A DNA stretch of 64,000 nt, from contig OY761611.1 of the NCBI GenBank assembly GCA_963664875.1, positions 96,001 to 160,000 on the forward strand, read 5' to 3'. How positions within the stretch are numbered: position 1 is the first letter of the stretch; each line of letters starts with the position of its first letter. The notes under the pieces were generated by a model that was not told the DNA's origin, ran no database searches, and worked only from the letters and a program-made list of their open reading frames with translations. The translations under genes were made by a program, and so were the position numbers. Origin of the DNA: Candidatus Kapaibacterium sp. Lineage in GTDB: Bacteria; Bacteroidota; Ignavibacteria; Kapaibacteriales; UBA2268. Positions 29,090 to 38,492 of the stretch are shown one piece after another.

Positions 29090-29146
29090 CTTGCAAACGT
29101 CCCATGGCGCTGCCATGGGCTATTATCTATCAGCCTTTCATGCTGA
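29058..29146. repeat. REP-like palindrome cluster
   Basis: GCCGCCCTTACAGGG, CCCATGGCGCTGCCATGGG (8-bp perfect stem) and CAGCCTTTCATGCTG in tandem. GC-rich in an AT-rich background. Confidence 0.7.
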
Positions 29147-29378
29147 AAAAAAAATTCCACATTCAGTCAACAAATTAAACAAAGTTTAAAATAATAAATT
29201 TTTCTTTCTTGTAATATGATTTTAGAAAAGACAAATCTTTACTACAAGTACTTCCCACCTACCATCAAGTTACTAAAATATTAAGATAAAAAACAATTGA
29301 AATTTCTCTACATTATCGCAATATGCCTAAAAGTAATATTTTTGAGGGTAAGTTTTTTCAAGTTGGTATATATAACAC

Positions 29379-29414
29379 AAAAAAAGGAGCTCTCTTAAAA
29401 GAAAGCTCCTCTTT
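29379..29414 (-). terminator. Terminator of pruA
   Basis: AGGAGCT...AGCTCCT stem with an A-run on the + strand (U-run on the - strand). Confidence 0.75.
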
Positions 29415-29441
29415 GTATATCTCTAAGAGACTTATTAAGTC

Positions 29442-30983
29442 TTAGTATCTTGTTGTAACTGATTTACCTTGCATGAATAATGCTAAGTAATCGCGGCTAC
29501 CTGCTTTAGAGTCTGTACCAGACATATTGAAACCACCGAATGGCTGTACGTCAACCAATGCACCAGTGATTTTTCTGTTTAGGTATAAGTTACCGCAGTG
29601 GAATTCGCGTTTAGCTCTCTGCAATTTAGCAACATTATTAGAAATAACGCCACCAGTCAAACCATAGATAGTGTTGTTTGCAATCTTCAAAGCATCATCA
29701 TAATCTTCTGCTTTGATAATCGCCAAAACAGGCCCGAAGATTTCTTCCAAAGAAATTTTTGCATCAGGAGCAACATCTGTAAATACAGTAGGTTTGATGA
29801 AATATCCGTTGCCTTCTGCTTTTTCACCGCCTGTAAGCAATGTACAGTTAGCTTTACCCCATTCGATATATTCCAAAATTGATCTTTCTGCAGAAGCACT
29901 AACAACAGGTCCCATGCGGAAGTTATCAGCAGGGTTACCCATTTGAATTTTTTCTACTTCTGTTTTTACTCTTGCTACAAATTCATCGTAGATAGATTTA
30001 TCAACAACTACGCGAGAGCAAGCAGAGCATTTTTGACCTTGGAAGCCAAATGCAGAAGTAACTGCAGCATCTACTGCCAAATCCATATCTGCTTCAGAAT
30101 CAACGATAAGAGTGTCTTTACCGCCCATTTCAGCGATAACGCGTTTAATCCAGATTTGACCCGGAGATTTTTTAGCAGCTAATTCATTGATTCTTAGACC
30201 AACTTCCATAGATCCTGTGAATGAGATGAAGCGAGTAAGTGGGTGCTCTACCATGTAGTCACCTGCTTCTGCACCTGAAGCCACAAAGAAGTTCAATACA
30301 CCTGCAGGAAGTCCGGCTTCGTGCATGATGTTTGAGAATAACCAAGCCATCATTGGAGTTTCAGAAGAAGGTTTCATAACTACAGTATTGCCGGCAGCAA
30401 TCGCAGCAGAAGAAATACCAATCATGATAGCAAACGGGAAGTTCCAAGGTGGAATACAAAGACCAACACCTAACGGAATATAGAAATAGTTGTTGTCTTC
30501 GCCAGGGTAAGGAGTAACTTCCTGACGTTGAGCATAGCGGATAGCTTCACGACCGTAGAATTCTAAAAAGTCGATAGCTTCGCAAGTGTCCGCATCAGCT
30601 TCTAAGAAGTTTTTACCTGCTTCGGAGATCATCCATGCATTAATTTCTAATCTTCTTCTTTTGATAACAGCAGCAGCTTTGAAAAGGTATTGTGCTCTTT
30701 CGTAAGCATCAACATATTTCCAAGTTTCGAAAGCTTTTGCAGCAGATTGGATAGCTTCTTCAGCTTCTTTTTGTCCGCCTTTCTGGAAAGTACCAATCAA
30801 CTCGTCTTTGTTAGCTGGATTATAAGATTTAGTTTTTTTCTCTGTAAATACTTCAACGCCATTGATGATGTTGCCATATTCTTTACCAAATTGGGCACGA
30901 ACTTTTTCAATAGCTTCTTTCTGTGCTTTGAAAATTTCAGGATTGCTAAAATCCAAATAAGTCATATTAGCAAAAGGTTGCAT
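29442..30983 (-). CDS. pruA: L-glutamate gamma-semialdehyde (P5C) dehydrogenase
   Basis: EADADTCEAIDF, PPWNFP, FTGS, AEMGGKD, FGFQGQKCSACSR, EEIFGP, QPFGGFNMSGTDSKAG; RBS GGAG before ATG 30983. Confidence 0.95.
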   Translation of the reverse strand: MQPFANMTYLDFSNPEIFKAQKEAIEKVRAQFGKEYGNIINGVEVFTEKKTKSYNPANKDELIGTFQKGGQKEAEEAIQSAAKAFETWKYVDAYERAQYLFKAAAVIKRRRLEINAWMISEAGKNFLEADADTCEAIDFLEFYGREAIRYAQRQEVTPYPGEDNNYFYIPLGVGLCIPPWNFPFAIMIGISSAAIAAGNTVVMKPSSETPMMAWLFSNIMHEAGLPAGVLNFFVASGAEAGDYMVEHPLTRFISFTGSMEVGLRINELAAKKSPGQIWIKRVIAEMGGKDTLIVDSEADMDLAVDAAVTSAFGFQGQKCSACSRVVVDKSIYDEFVARVKTEVEKIQMGNPADNFRMGPVVSASAERSILEYIEWGKANCTLLTGGEKAEGNGYFIKPTVFTDVAPDAKISLEEIFGPVLAIIKAEDYDDALKIANNTIYGLTGGVISNNVAKLQRAKREFHCGNLYLNRKITGALVDVQPFGGFNMSGTDSKAGSRDYLALFMQGKSVTTRY

Positions 30984-31254
30984 GTGATTGCTCCTGAGCT
31001 TGTGTGTTAAAAAAAAATATATGTGATTCGATTGTTTTTTTGCATTGCCTATAAAACACAAAAATACAAAAGCATGCAGAATTCAAAAACTGAATTTAGT
31101 CCACATTTGTTTTGCATTTTCATGGTAAGTCATTACAAACTTCAGTTTAAGGAAAATACTGAAACTGTGCAAGTTACATTTTGTTTATCTATTACTTACT
31201 TTGTCCTGTCTTTCCTAAGCTGACATTTGAAGGTTTATACAAGTCAGTGAGCAA

Positions 31255-32163
31255 TTAGTTCTGTGTTGCCTGCAATTCTGCAATTAGTTTTGCAAAATCG
31301 TCTTCTTCTATTGTATATTTTTCGTTACAATAGTGGCATGTAAGTTCGTTGTCGCCTACTTTTTTCATGTCTTGTATTTCTTCCAATCCAATTGTTTTTA
31401 GTTTCCCGAGGAAATTCTCTTTACTGCAACGACAGTAAAAATCAATTTGAGAACTTTTTACTAATTCAAATTCAAAAGGCAATATCTCTCTCATCATGTC
31501 CAAAGGTGTCATACCTTTTTCAAAATAATCGCTTAAAGATTGAATTTTTATTAGTGCCTCATACAGCATTTGGTTATCTTCATCAGTAGCACCCGGCATA
31601 GATTGTACTATAATCCCGCCTGATTGTTTGATCCAGCCCTCTTCGTCGAATGTAACATCCAAAATCACTGCAGAAGGTATTTGCTCTGATTGGTGATAGT
31701 AGTAAGATAAGTCAGAAGCAATGTCTCCGCCTTGAAGAGGAATTACACCCTGCACCGGTTCATTACTGTTGTAAATGTATCTGGTTACTTTGAACAATCC
31801 AAGCCCGAGAGCATCTGATAGATCATTTATTTTTCGGTCGTTAGCATCAGCAGCAAGATTGACAAATCCTCTTACTTCGCCTACCTGAATAGCTTCTGCT
31901 AAGACTCTGCTGATTGGACCGTTACCCTCTGCTTCTACTACAATTCGCTCATCGCCTTTTAGAAACATAGCTAATGAAGATGCTGCAGACATAGTCCGAG
32001 CCATTAAGAATGCAGCTAAATAAGGTAGATTATGCCTTTTTTGGGCAGTTAGTGCGGAAATAGTATTCTTAATGCCAACTGCTCGAAATTTCCCGTTTTT
32101 TGATAAGACTCTGACAGCTCTGTCTCTTTCCCTGTATAATTTTTCTAATTGCGCTTTGTCCAT
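31255..32163 (-). CDS. hslO: Hsp33 redox-regulated chaperone
   Basis: GNGP, SEQIPS, GGIIVQSMPG, CRCS...CHYC zinc motif. Confidence 0.95.
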   Translation of the reverse strand: MDKAQLEKLYRERDRAVRVLSKNGKFRAVGIKNTISALTAQKRHNLPYLAAFLMARTMSAASSLAMFLKGDERIVVEAEGNGPISRVLAEAIQVGEVRGFVNLAADANDRKINDLSDALGLGLFKVTRYIYNSNEPVQGVIPLQGGDIASDLSYYYHQSEQIPSAVILDVTFDEEGWIKQSGGIIVQSMPGATDEDNQMLYEALIKIQSLSDYFEKGMTPLDMMREILPFEFELVKSSQIDFYCRCSKENFLGKLKTIGLEEIQDMKKVGDNELTCHYCNEKYTIEEDDFAKLIAELQATQN

Positions 32164-32313
32164 TTTGCTATTCCAATCATTTAGATTTTACCAACTTTCA
32201 AATATACAAATTTTTTATCTCTAAATAATTAGCATATTATATTAAACCTTTTCTTATATTTAAGTGTCTATATTATCAAATGCTTTTTCTCTTTACCATT
32301 ATGGAGCAAAATC

Positions 32314-32985
32314 ATGTCAATATTCGAAAAAACTCTTATGATATTTGGATTTCTGATGCTTGGGCTGATTACCGCAGTTACTGCTAACAGAGCCGTAAGC
32401 GATGACGATATGCAAACAAAGATTATCTTTAAGGAATTGAAAGCAAGCATCAAGGACTTGTATCAATCAAAGACAATTCCTCTCACAGAAAAAATTGTGA
32501 GTGATTTGGAATCTCAGCTTTCCTCAAACGATTTAGCTGAGCTCGAATCGCTTCGCATTAGAATGAATGAACTTAAGAAGTTAAGAAAAGCTGAAAAGAA
32601 AGCATTGAAGGAACAAATAGAAAAGTATGAAAAAGCGGGATTAAAGTATAATGTTGAAGAGATTCAGGACAGATACTCAAAGTATTTAGAAGAATACGAT
32701 GCGACTTTACAGAAAATATCTGCCTTCGCCGATAGACATTATGCGTTGCTAAGCAAACTCCATATCAAATATCGAGATGAACTTCTAAGTTTACAAAAAA
32801 ATAAGTCTCAGATTGTTGAGCTTTGGCAAAAGACTTATTCTAAAGAGCTTTGCGATGTTCCTAAGGAAGTTATAAACAAAAAGTTTGAAAAAATCGAAAA
32901 AAAAGCCGGAATCTTGACTAAAGAATACATAAACACTAACTTCCCTGAGGTTTTTATAATTGCAACATCTGAGTATATTAGTTAG
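32314..32985 (+). CDS. Hypothetical exported coiled-coil protein
   Basis: N-terminal hydrophobic signal/anchor followed by a K/E/L-rich helical body. Confidence 0.7.
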   Translation: MSIFEKTLMIFGFLMLGLITAVTANRAVSDDDMQTKIIFKELKASIKDLYQSKTIPLTEKIVSDLESQLSSNDLAELESLRIRMNELKKLRKAEKKALKEQIEKYEKAGLKYNVEEIQDRYSKYLEEYDATLQKISAFADRHYALLSKLHIKYRDELLSLQKNKSQIVELWQKTYSKELCDVPKEVINKKFEKIEKKAGILTKEYINTNFPEVFIIATSEYIS

Positions 32986-33013
32986 TATCGATATAATTTG
33001 ACTAAAAAAATTG

Positions 33014-33043
33014 AGGGCAAGATGTAATTGAATATCTTGCCCT
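33014..33043. terminator. Bidirectional terminator between convergent genes
   Basis: AGGGCAAGAT...ATCTTGCCCT stem flanked by A- and T-rich runs. Confidence 0.75.
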
Positions 33044-33103
33044 TGTTGTTTTAGCCCGATTCAAAGAATCAATTTAGTAGAATAAACTGCTATGACAGTT
33101 TAG

Positions 33104-33526
33104 CTACTTTTGGCTATTGACTAAATTTCCGGAATAGCTTAGATTTTGCGATTGGATAAGGCTCATAAGATTGTTTAAATCATCTTCTGTAGCTGTACCA
33201 CTTTTGAATTTTTCGGCAAAATCCTGCATATAATCAGGTATTCCCGAATTAGTTCCCGCTTCTCTTGGTGGCATGCCGCCTTGAGGCTTTTGGGGTGGTT
33301 TAAAACCTGCACCTTCCATCAATTCTTTCAAATCATCACCGGGCTTTATCCCGGCAGTTTCTAATTCTGAGCGAAGACTTTCCATGTCTTCTTTAGTCAT
33401 ATTTTCCGAATCGTAGTTAGCTATGATTTCAGAAAATTGAGCTTTTTGCTCGTCAGTCATTTTGTAGTTCACCCTTTCAGGCTGCTGCATAGGCGTGAAA
33501 CTATTAGTGCTGATACTGCTTATCAT
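33104..33526 (-). CDS. Hypothetical protein with a Pro/Gly-rich linker
   Basis: RBS GGAGG; MISSIS...MTDEQKAQFSEIIANYD...AGIKPG...PPQKPQGGMPP. Confidence 0.75.
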   Translation of the reverse strand: MISSISTNSFTPMQQPERVNYKMTDEQKAQFSEIIANYDSENMTKEDMESLRSELETAGIKPGDDLKELMEGAGFKPPQKPQGGMPPREAGTNSGIPDYMQDFAEKFKSGTATEDDLNNLMSLIQSQNLSYSGNLVNSQK

Positions 33527-33860
33527 AAAGTTTCCTCCATGAAACTAATTTGTGAATAATCAGCAGGATATTACTGCCAAGTTTTAGACTAAGCTAAAAA
33601 GTCTAAGGTTTAATGCCTGATAAAAGAAAATTTCTTTTTTTAATAAAAATCATTTTATTAGGATGAAGTTTTTCAAGCGGAAACTACAGAGGAAGACTCT
33701 TTAGAGATAATCCAATATGATTTTTTCGAGTTATCATTTGTTTATTTCAGATTTAATTACTATATTGCATAATCTAAAGTGTGATGTGTTAGAATTAAAA
33801 TATAATTATACTAATTGCGTCTTGGTTAGAGTGTATTTTTCAAATCAACAGAGGAACATT

Positions 33861-34316
33861 ATGATTATAAAAGAGTTGTATTCACCTAACGATTTCAGTT
33901 CATACTTCAGCCGCGATGATTTTATTCACTTCTTATTTACTCATTTAGACAAATTTGGTGACCCTAAAGAAGACATTTCAAACTGTTTAGATTATGCTTT
34001 TGGTATCAATGGCGGGCAGGGTGGTTTCGCTCTTGCTGCATTGGAAGATGGCAAAATTATTGGAGCTTTGATACTCAACAAAACAGGGATGTCGGGATTT
34101 ATTCCTGAAAATATACTTGTCTATGTGGCTGTAGATGCATCTATGAGAGGGAAAGGTATTGGCAGAAAGATTTGTGAAAAATGTATCGACCTTGCAGATG
34201 GTGATGTAAAACTGCATGTCGAATATGACAATCCTGCCAAAAGACTATACGAGCGTCTTGGTTTTACTAATAAATATGCCGAAATGCGACTTAAAAAATC
34301 GGCAGAGGTAAAATAA
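33861..34316 (+). CDS. GNAT family N-acetyltransferase
   Basis: VAVDASMRGKGIG acetyl-CoA motif, NPAKRLYERLGF; RBS GAGG before ATG 33861. Confidence 0.9.
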   Translation: MIIKELYSPNDFSSYFSRDDFIHFLFTHLDKFGDPKEDISNCLDYAFGINGGQGGFALAALEDGKIIGALILNKTGMSGFIPENILVYVAVDASMRGKGIGRKICEKCIDLADGDVKLHVEYDNPAKRLYERLGFTNKYAEMRLKKSAEVK

Positions 34317-34318
34317 TA

Positions 34319-35419
34319 ATGGCTGAACTTGTAATCAAGCCTTCTAAAATTATCTCTAACATCAAAAAGATTTCCGCAGTATTAGAAAAAGAAAATATCA
34401 AATGGTCTCTTATCGCTAAGATACTTTCTGCAAATGAGGCTGTTCTAAAAGAAATAATTGAGTCTGACGCAATAAATGGTTTACATTCTATTGGAGATTC
34501 CAGACTTTCCGGGATTAAAGTAATAAAAAAAATAAATCCCTCGATAAGAACTATTTATATCAAACCACCTGCACCTAATCTTGCAAAACAAATTGTGGAA
34601 TTTTGCGATGTATCGCTTAATACGTCTCTTTTCACAATCAAAGAACTGAATGCTGCGGCAAAAGCCGCAGGAAAAGTACACCAAATTATTATAATGCTTG
34701 AGTTGGGTGAGCTTCGTGAGGGGATCTTACGTGAAAATGTTGAAAATTTTTACAAAGAAGCTTTCGATTTGAGTAATATCGAAATTATCGGAATAGGTAC
34801 CAATTTAGGTTGTCTTTATGGAGTAGAGCCTACTTACGATAAATTAGTGCAACTGTCTCTTTACAAGCAACTATTAGAAACTAAATTCGGCAAGAAAATA
34901 CCGCTTGTTTCAGGTGGTAGCTCTATTACTCTTCCATTGGTCGGCAAAAAGAAGATACCGCCTCTGGTGAACCATTTCCGAATTGGTGAAGCTGCTTTTA
35001 TGGGTACGACTCCGCTTACAGGAAAGAAATTTGCAAATCTATCGACAGATGTTTTTTCTTATGAAGCGAACATTTTGGAAATGGAAGAAAAGTCTTATGT
35101 TCCGGACGGGATAATAAGCGATGCAAATATAGGTCATTCATCGGAATATTCCGGATACAACCAAAACGACAAAACATACAAAGCTATCTTAGATTTTGGA
35201 ATAATGGATGTAGATGTTGCCGAAATTTATCCTAAAGACAGTAATATCAAATTTATTGGGACAACTTCTGACCTGACAGTTTATGACATTGGTGCTAATT
35301 TAAACCGCAGTAGCAGGTTGAAATATAAGGTAGGGAATAAGATTAACTTTTCTCTTTCCTATATGGGAGTTGCAAGGCTTATGAATACAAAGTTTGTAGA
35401 TAAAAAGATAGCTAAATAA
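34319..35419 (+). CDS. Alanine/ornithine racemase family PLP-dependent enzyme (Orr/YhfX-like)
   Basis: IAK (PLP Lys), IGDSRL, ELGELREG, GTNLGC, SGGSS, HFRIGEA, TSD. Confidence 0.88.
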   Translation: MAELVIKPSKIISNIKKISAVLEKENIKWSLIAKILSANEAVLKEIIESDAINGLHSIGDSRLSGIKVIKKINPSIRTIYIKPPAPNLAKQIVEFCDVSLNTSLFTIKELNAAAKAAGKVHQIIIMLELGELREGILRENVENFYKEAFDLSNIEIIGIGTNLGCLYGVEPTYDKLVQLSLYKQLLETKFGKKIPLVSGGSSITLPLVGKKKIPPLVNHFRIGEAAFMGTTPLTGKKFANLSTDVFSYEANILEMEEKSYVPDGIISDANIGHSSEYSGYNQNDKTYKAILDFGIMDVDVAEIYPKDSNIKFIGTTSDLTVYDIGANLNRSSRLKYKVGNKINFSLSYMGVARLMNTKFVDKKIAK

Positions 35420-35529
35420 GGTCTTAGACTTTTGTAGGTATAAGTCACGGTGTATTACTTAAAGATATAGATTTTGCTGAAAGTATTGCCGTATAAAGCA
35501 AATTAGCTTCTATAAAAAAAGATAAAATC

Positions 35530-35561
35530 ATAGGACAAGAGAATGCTATCCCTTGTCCTAT
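35530..35561. terminator. Bidirectional terminator
   Basis: ATAGGACAAG...CTTGTCCTAT perfect 10-bp stem between convergent genes. Confidence 0.75.
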
Positions 35562-35571
35562 ATTATTTTTG

Positions 35572-37785
35572 TTATGATTCAGAGCCAAAGAGTGTAAGTC
35601 TCAAACCTGCATAAATTTTTGCACCGCTTATAGGTCCCCAAACAATCGAGCTGTCAAACTCATTGCCAAACGGATTGTCAAATCCGAGTATCGGGTTAGC
35701 TTGAGTATATGAGGTCAGATTTTCTCCACCTATATATAAATCAAAATTATCAAAAGATTTGCTAATCTGTGCATTAAGTGTCAAAAAATCAGGAGAGTTA
35801 GCCTGCTCACTTAAAGTTTTTGGCAATCTGCTTTTGCCGTTGTAGGAGAGCGTTATATCAAATTCGTATCCTTTTTCACCTGTAGAATATGCAAAGTTAG
35901 CAAAAGCTTTATGGCGTTTTGAAAGAGGTTTTTCGATATATTCATTGTCAAGTCTGTACTTCACGTCATTGATTCTGTATGCAAGTATCATATCGAAACC
36001 TTTGAATAGTGCCATCGTCAAATCAACCTGAAAACTGTTAGAGTAGGCATTGTCTTTAATATTTTGGACAAATGCTTTTCCTGATACTCTATCCAAATCC
36101 ACAACAATCTGATTTTGGAATTTGGTATAATAATATTCTGCATTTAAAGTGAAGTAATACCCGAAAAGCTCAAGTTCGCCGGTGTAATGCAATCCAAAAT
36201 TGATAGCTTCTTCTGTTCTGTAATTATTTTCAAAAACGAACTCTCTGCTGCTTGCCAATAATGCAGGATACTCAGAAAAAACATGAGCTAAACGGTAACC
36301 TTTGCCGAGTGAAGCTCTGAGCGAAGAGTATTCATCTAAGTTATATTTTAGATGGACTCTTGGAGAAATAAATGTTTTATCTTCCAAATTGCTATTTACA
36401 AAGTCAGTTCTAAGTCCTGCGATAATTTGCAAATCATCATAAAGCTGTGAAGTATATTCAGCAAAGATTCCCGGAATGAGATCCTCAGTTTTGTATGCCA
36501 TATCAGACATTGTTTCATCGTAATTATCTGCAATAAAGTTTATTCCAAACTGTATTTTGTCAGGTTTATGTTCTTCGCTTGCAGCACTCAAATGGGCATC
36601 GAAAAAGATACTTGCATTGTAAGTGTTTTGTTTGGCATCGTAGTTTCTGTTTCCAAAAAATGATTCTTGATTGTGATAAGTAAAATTGTGAATCATTGCC
36701 AGACTCATGTAATTATCAGCTGCAAAAACATAACCGCCTTTATGGAACAAATCTACTTTTTCTGTCTTGATATCTATACCGTAAAGATTAGATTTGGCGT
36801 CTGAGTGGAAACCTATTTGACCGGCTTTTCTAACGTCGTAAAGTGCCTGAATACCAAACTGAGTACCAAATCCGCCATCGAAATATTTCCATCTGTTTAG
36901 GACATTGAACTGTTTAGTAAGTGGCATATCCAAGAACGAATCAGAATTATGGTCTTTTTCCATATTTGAGTAATTAGCATGCAGGAAAAGAGCTGTGCTG
37001 AGCTTGTCGGTCAGCTTACCTGCGCCTATCAAATTGCCTTCCATCATCCCAAAATTATTATAATAATAATTTGCAAAAACAGGAGGGGAGTTGTCCGGTT
37101 TTTTAAATTCCACGTTGATTTGTCCTGTAATAGATTCAAAGCCCGTGGCAACTGTGGAGGCTCCTTTGGAAATTTGGATACTTTCCATCCATGACCCCGG
37201 GGCATAGTTAAGGCCAAAAGTGCTTGCTAAGCCACGTACACTTGGTACTTTTTCAATCATTATTTGAGTGTATTTGCCAGCCAGTCCCAGTAATTCTATC
37301 TGCTTAGCACCTGTTACTGCATCGGTCTGGTGTACATCAACAGAAGCATTAGTTTCAAAACTTTCTGCAAGGTTGCAGCAAGCTGCTTTTGTAAGCCCAT
37401 GACTGGTAATTGTTTCGCTGTGGGCTATTGAACTTTTATTTATTTGGTTTGCATTTTCTTTGGCTGTAACAACTACAGTGCTCATCTGGGAGTTTTGAAT
37501 CAACATAATATCAAGTTGTTTCATTCCCTTAGGTATGAAAATTTCCTGCTTGTCGTAGCCTACGTAGCTAACCATTAGCGTGTCGCTTTCAGCAGTTCTT
37601 TTGATAATAAAATTGCCTTTGGTGTCTGACTTTGTTCCGATAGAGGTACCTTTCCATTGGAGGTTTGCACTTATTAGAGTGTTAATTTCTCCGATGCTGT
37701 TTTTTCCTGTTACAGAACCTTTCAAATCGGCAGATAATGCTTCCATGGCACACATAGCCATAAGCAATAATATGATTTTAAACAT
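35572..37785 (-). CDS. TonB-dependent receptor, putative heavy-metal type
   Basis: N-terminal CarboxypepD_reg-like domain; plug motif LTKAACCNLAESFETNASVD; IQISKG; GGENL...WGP...YAGLR barrel end. Confidence 0.9.
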   Translation of the reverse strand: MFKIILLLMAMCAMEALSADLKGSVTGKNSIGEINTLISANLQWKGTSIGTKSDTKGNFIIKRTAESDTLMVSYVGYDKQEIFIPKGMKQLDIMLIQNSQMSTVVVTAKENANQINKSSIAHSETITSHGLTKAACCNLAESFETNASVDVHQTDAVTGAKQIELLGLAGKYTQIMIEKVPSVRGLASTFGLNYAPGSWMESIQISKGASTVATGFESITGQINVEFKKPDNSPPVFANYYYNNFGMMEGNLIGAGKLTDKLSTALFLHANYSNMEKDHNSDSFLDMPLTKQFNVLNRWKYFDGGFGTQFGIQALYDVRKAGQIGFHSDAKSNLYGIDIKTEKVDLFHKGGYVFAADNYMSLAMIHNFTYHNQESFFGNRNYDAKQNTYNASIFFDAHLSAASEEHKPDKIQFGINFIADNYDETMSDMAYKTEDLIPGIFAEYTSQLYDDLQIIAGLRTDFVNSNLEDKTFISPRVHLKYNLDEYSSLRASLGKGYRLAHVFSEYPALLASSREFVFENNYRTEEAINFGLHYTGELELFGYYFTLNAEYYYTKFQNQIVVDLDRVSGKAFVQNIKDNAYSNSFQVDLTMALFKGFDMILAYRINDVKYRLDNEYIEKPLSKRHKAFANFAYSTGEKGYEFDITLSYNGKSRLPKTLSEQANSPDFLTLNAQISKSFDNFDLYIGGENLTSYTQANPILGFDNPFGNEFDSSIVWGPISGAKIYAGLRLTLFGSES

Positions 37786-37843
37786 AGTAATCTCTCTAAT
37801 TAAAATAATGAAACATACTTACTGATTTTTTCTATTGAAAAAA

Positions 37844-38326
37844 TTAGCAGTAATAATAATCATCGTCATTAGAGATATTTCTTTTGGAAAGCAATTCTAA
37901 GATATTTAGAATTTTGGGTGGTGGTATATTTGTCTGAGATGTTTTTGCCAAACTTTCCTGACGTATAGAGACCAAATACTCGCTGTTATTAGCTTCTCGA
38001 ACAAAATAAACAGGAGCAGTAAATAAAGGTAACGAAGCAGAAATCTGCAAGACCAAATCGTTGTCAATAGTTATTAGATTAGTCCTACAACATTTATCTT
38101 TGTCTTCAGTTTGTTCCTCTGATTCAATAGCACAACATGATTTTTTTTCTGATTGTATTTCGCATTTAGAACCGCAACAATCAGATGAACACTCATGTTT
38201 TTTTAAAGATATTTCGAAGTTGTTGCTGTTGCTGCAAATATTAGTGTATGCAAAGAAGTGCATATTGGAAGCAATAAGTGCTACCATAAGTATAGAAGTA
38301 AGTAATATGTTATGCAATCTTTCCAT
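37844..38326 (-). CDS. HYC_CC_PP-like Cys-rich exported protein
   Basis: Signal-like N-terminus, NIC, three CC pairs, PPP near the C-terminus; directly upstream of the TonB receptor, as is typical for this family. Confidence 0.7.
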   Translation of the reverse strand: MERLHNILLTSILMVALIASNMHFFAYTNICSNSNNFEISLKKHECSSDCCGSKCEIQSEKKSCCAIESEEQTEDKDKCCRTNLITIDNDLVLQISASLPLFTAPVYFVREANNSEYLVSIRQESLAKTSQTNIPPPKILNILELLSKRNISNDDDYYYC

Positions 38327-38492
38327 ACAGGAATATACGAAGAAAAATTCAATATGTTTTTAGAAAATTGATGTATCGGGAACTTTGAATATCGAGCAAT
38401 CTCCATTTTCACTTGAAAAAGATTAATTGTTAAAGTAGTTCATTTTAGATTAGTTGCATGGAGCATTTTTTACATATAAAGAAACAAAAAAC

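Noticed and set aside
28947-29105. N-terminal extension of the 264-aa ORF and the similar 65-aa ORF at 60171-60368 (hydrophobic stretch plus basic tail, like a CTERM sorting signal)
   Set aside because: Both are translations of the DNA repeat: T-runs give Phe/Leu and A-runs give Lys. A strong RBS marks the real start at 28946. The 6-nt length difference keeps the frame, but two copies are too few to argue for coding.
28960-29146. Possible CRISPR array or classical integron attC site
   Set aside because: No tandem repeat-spacer periodicity, no cas or intI gene, and no clear RYYYAAC/GTTRRRY box pair bounding the unit.
33555-33590. Possible sigma-28 promoter (TAAA...GCTGATTA) for the 140-aa gene
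   Set aside because: Spacing is about 18 nt rather than about 15, and the -10 match is imperfect.
33661-33713. Possible three-way-junction RNA or riboswitch upstream of the GNAT gene
   Set aside because: The stems are only 4-7 bp with G-U pairs, and I recognise no riboswitch consensus. It would need an Rfam or covariation search.
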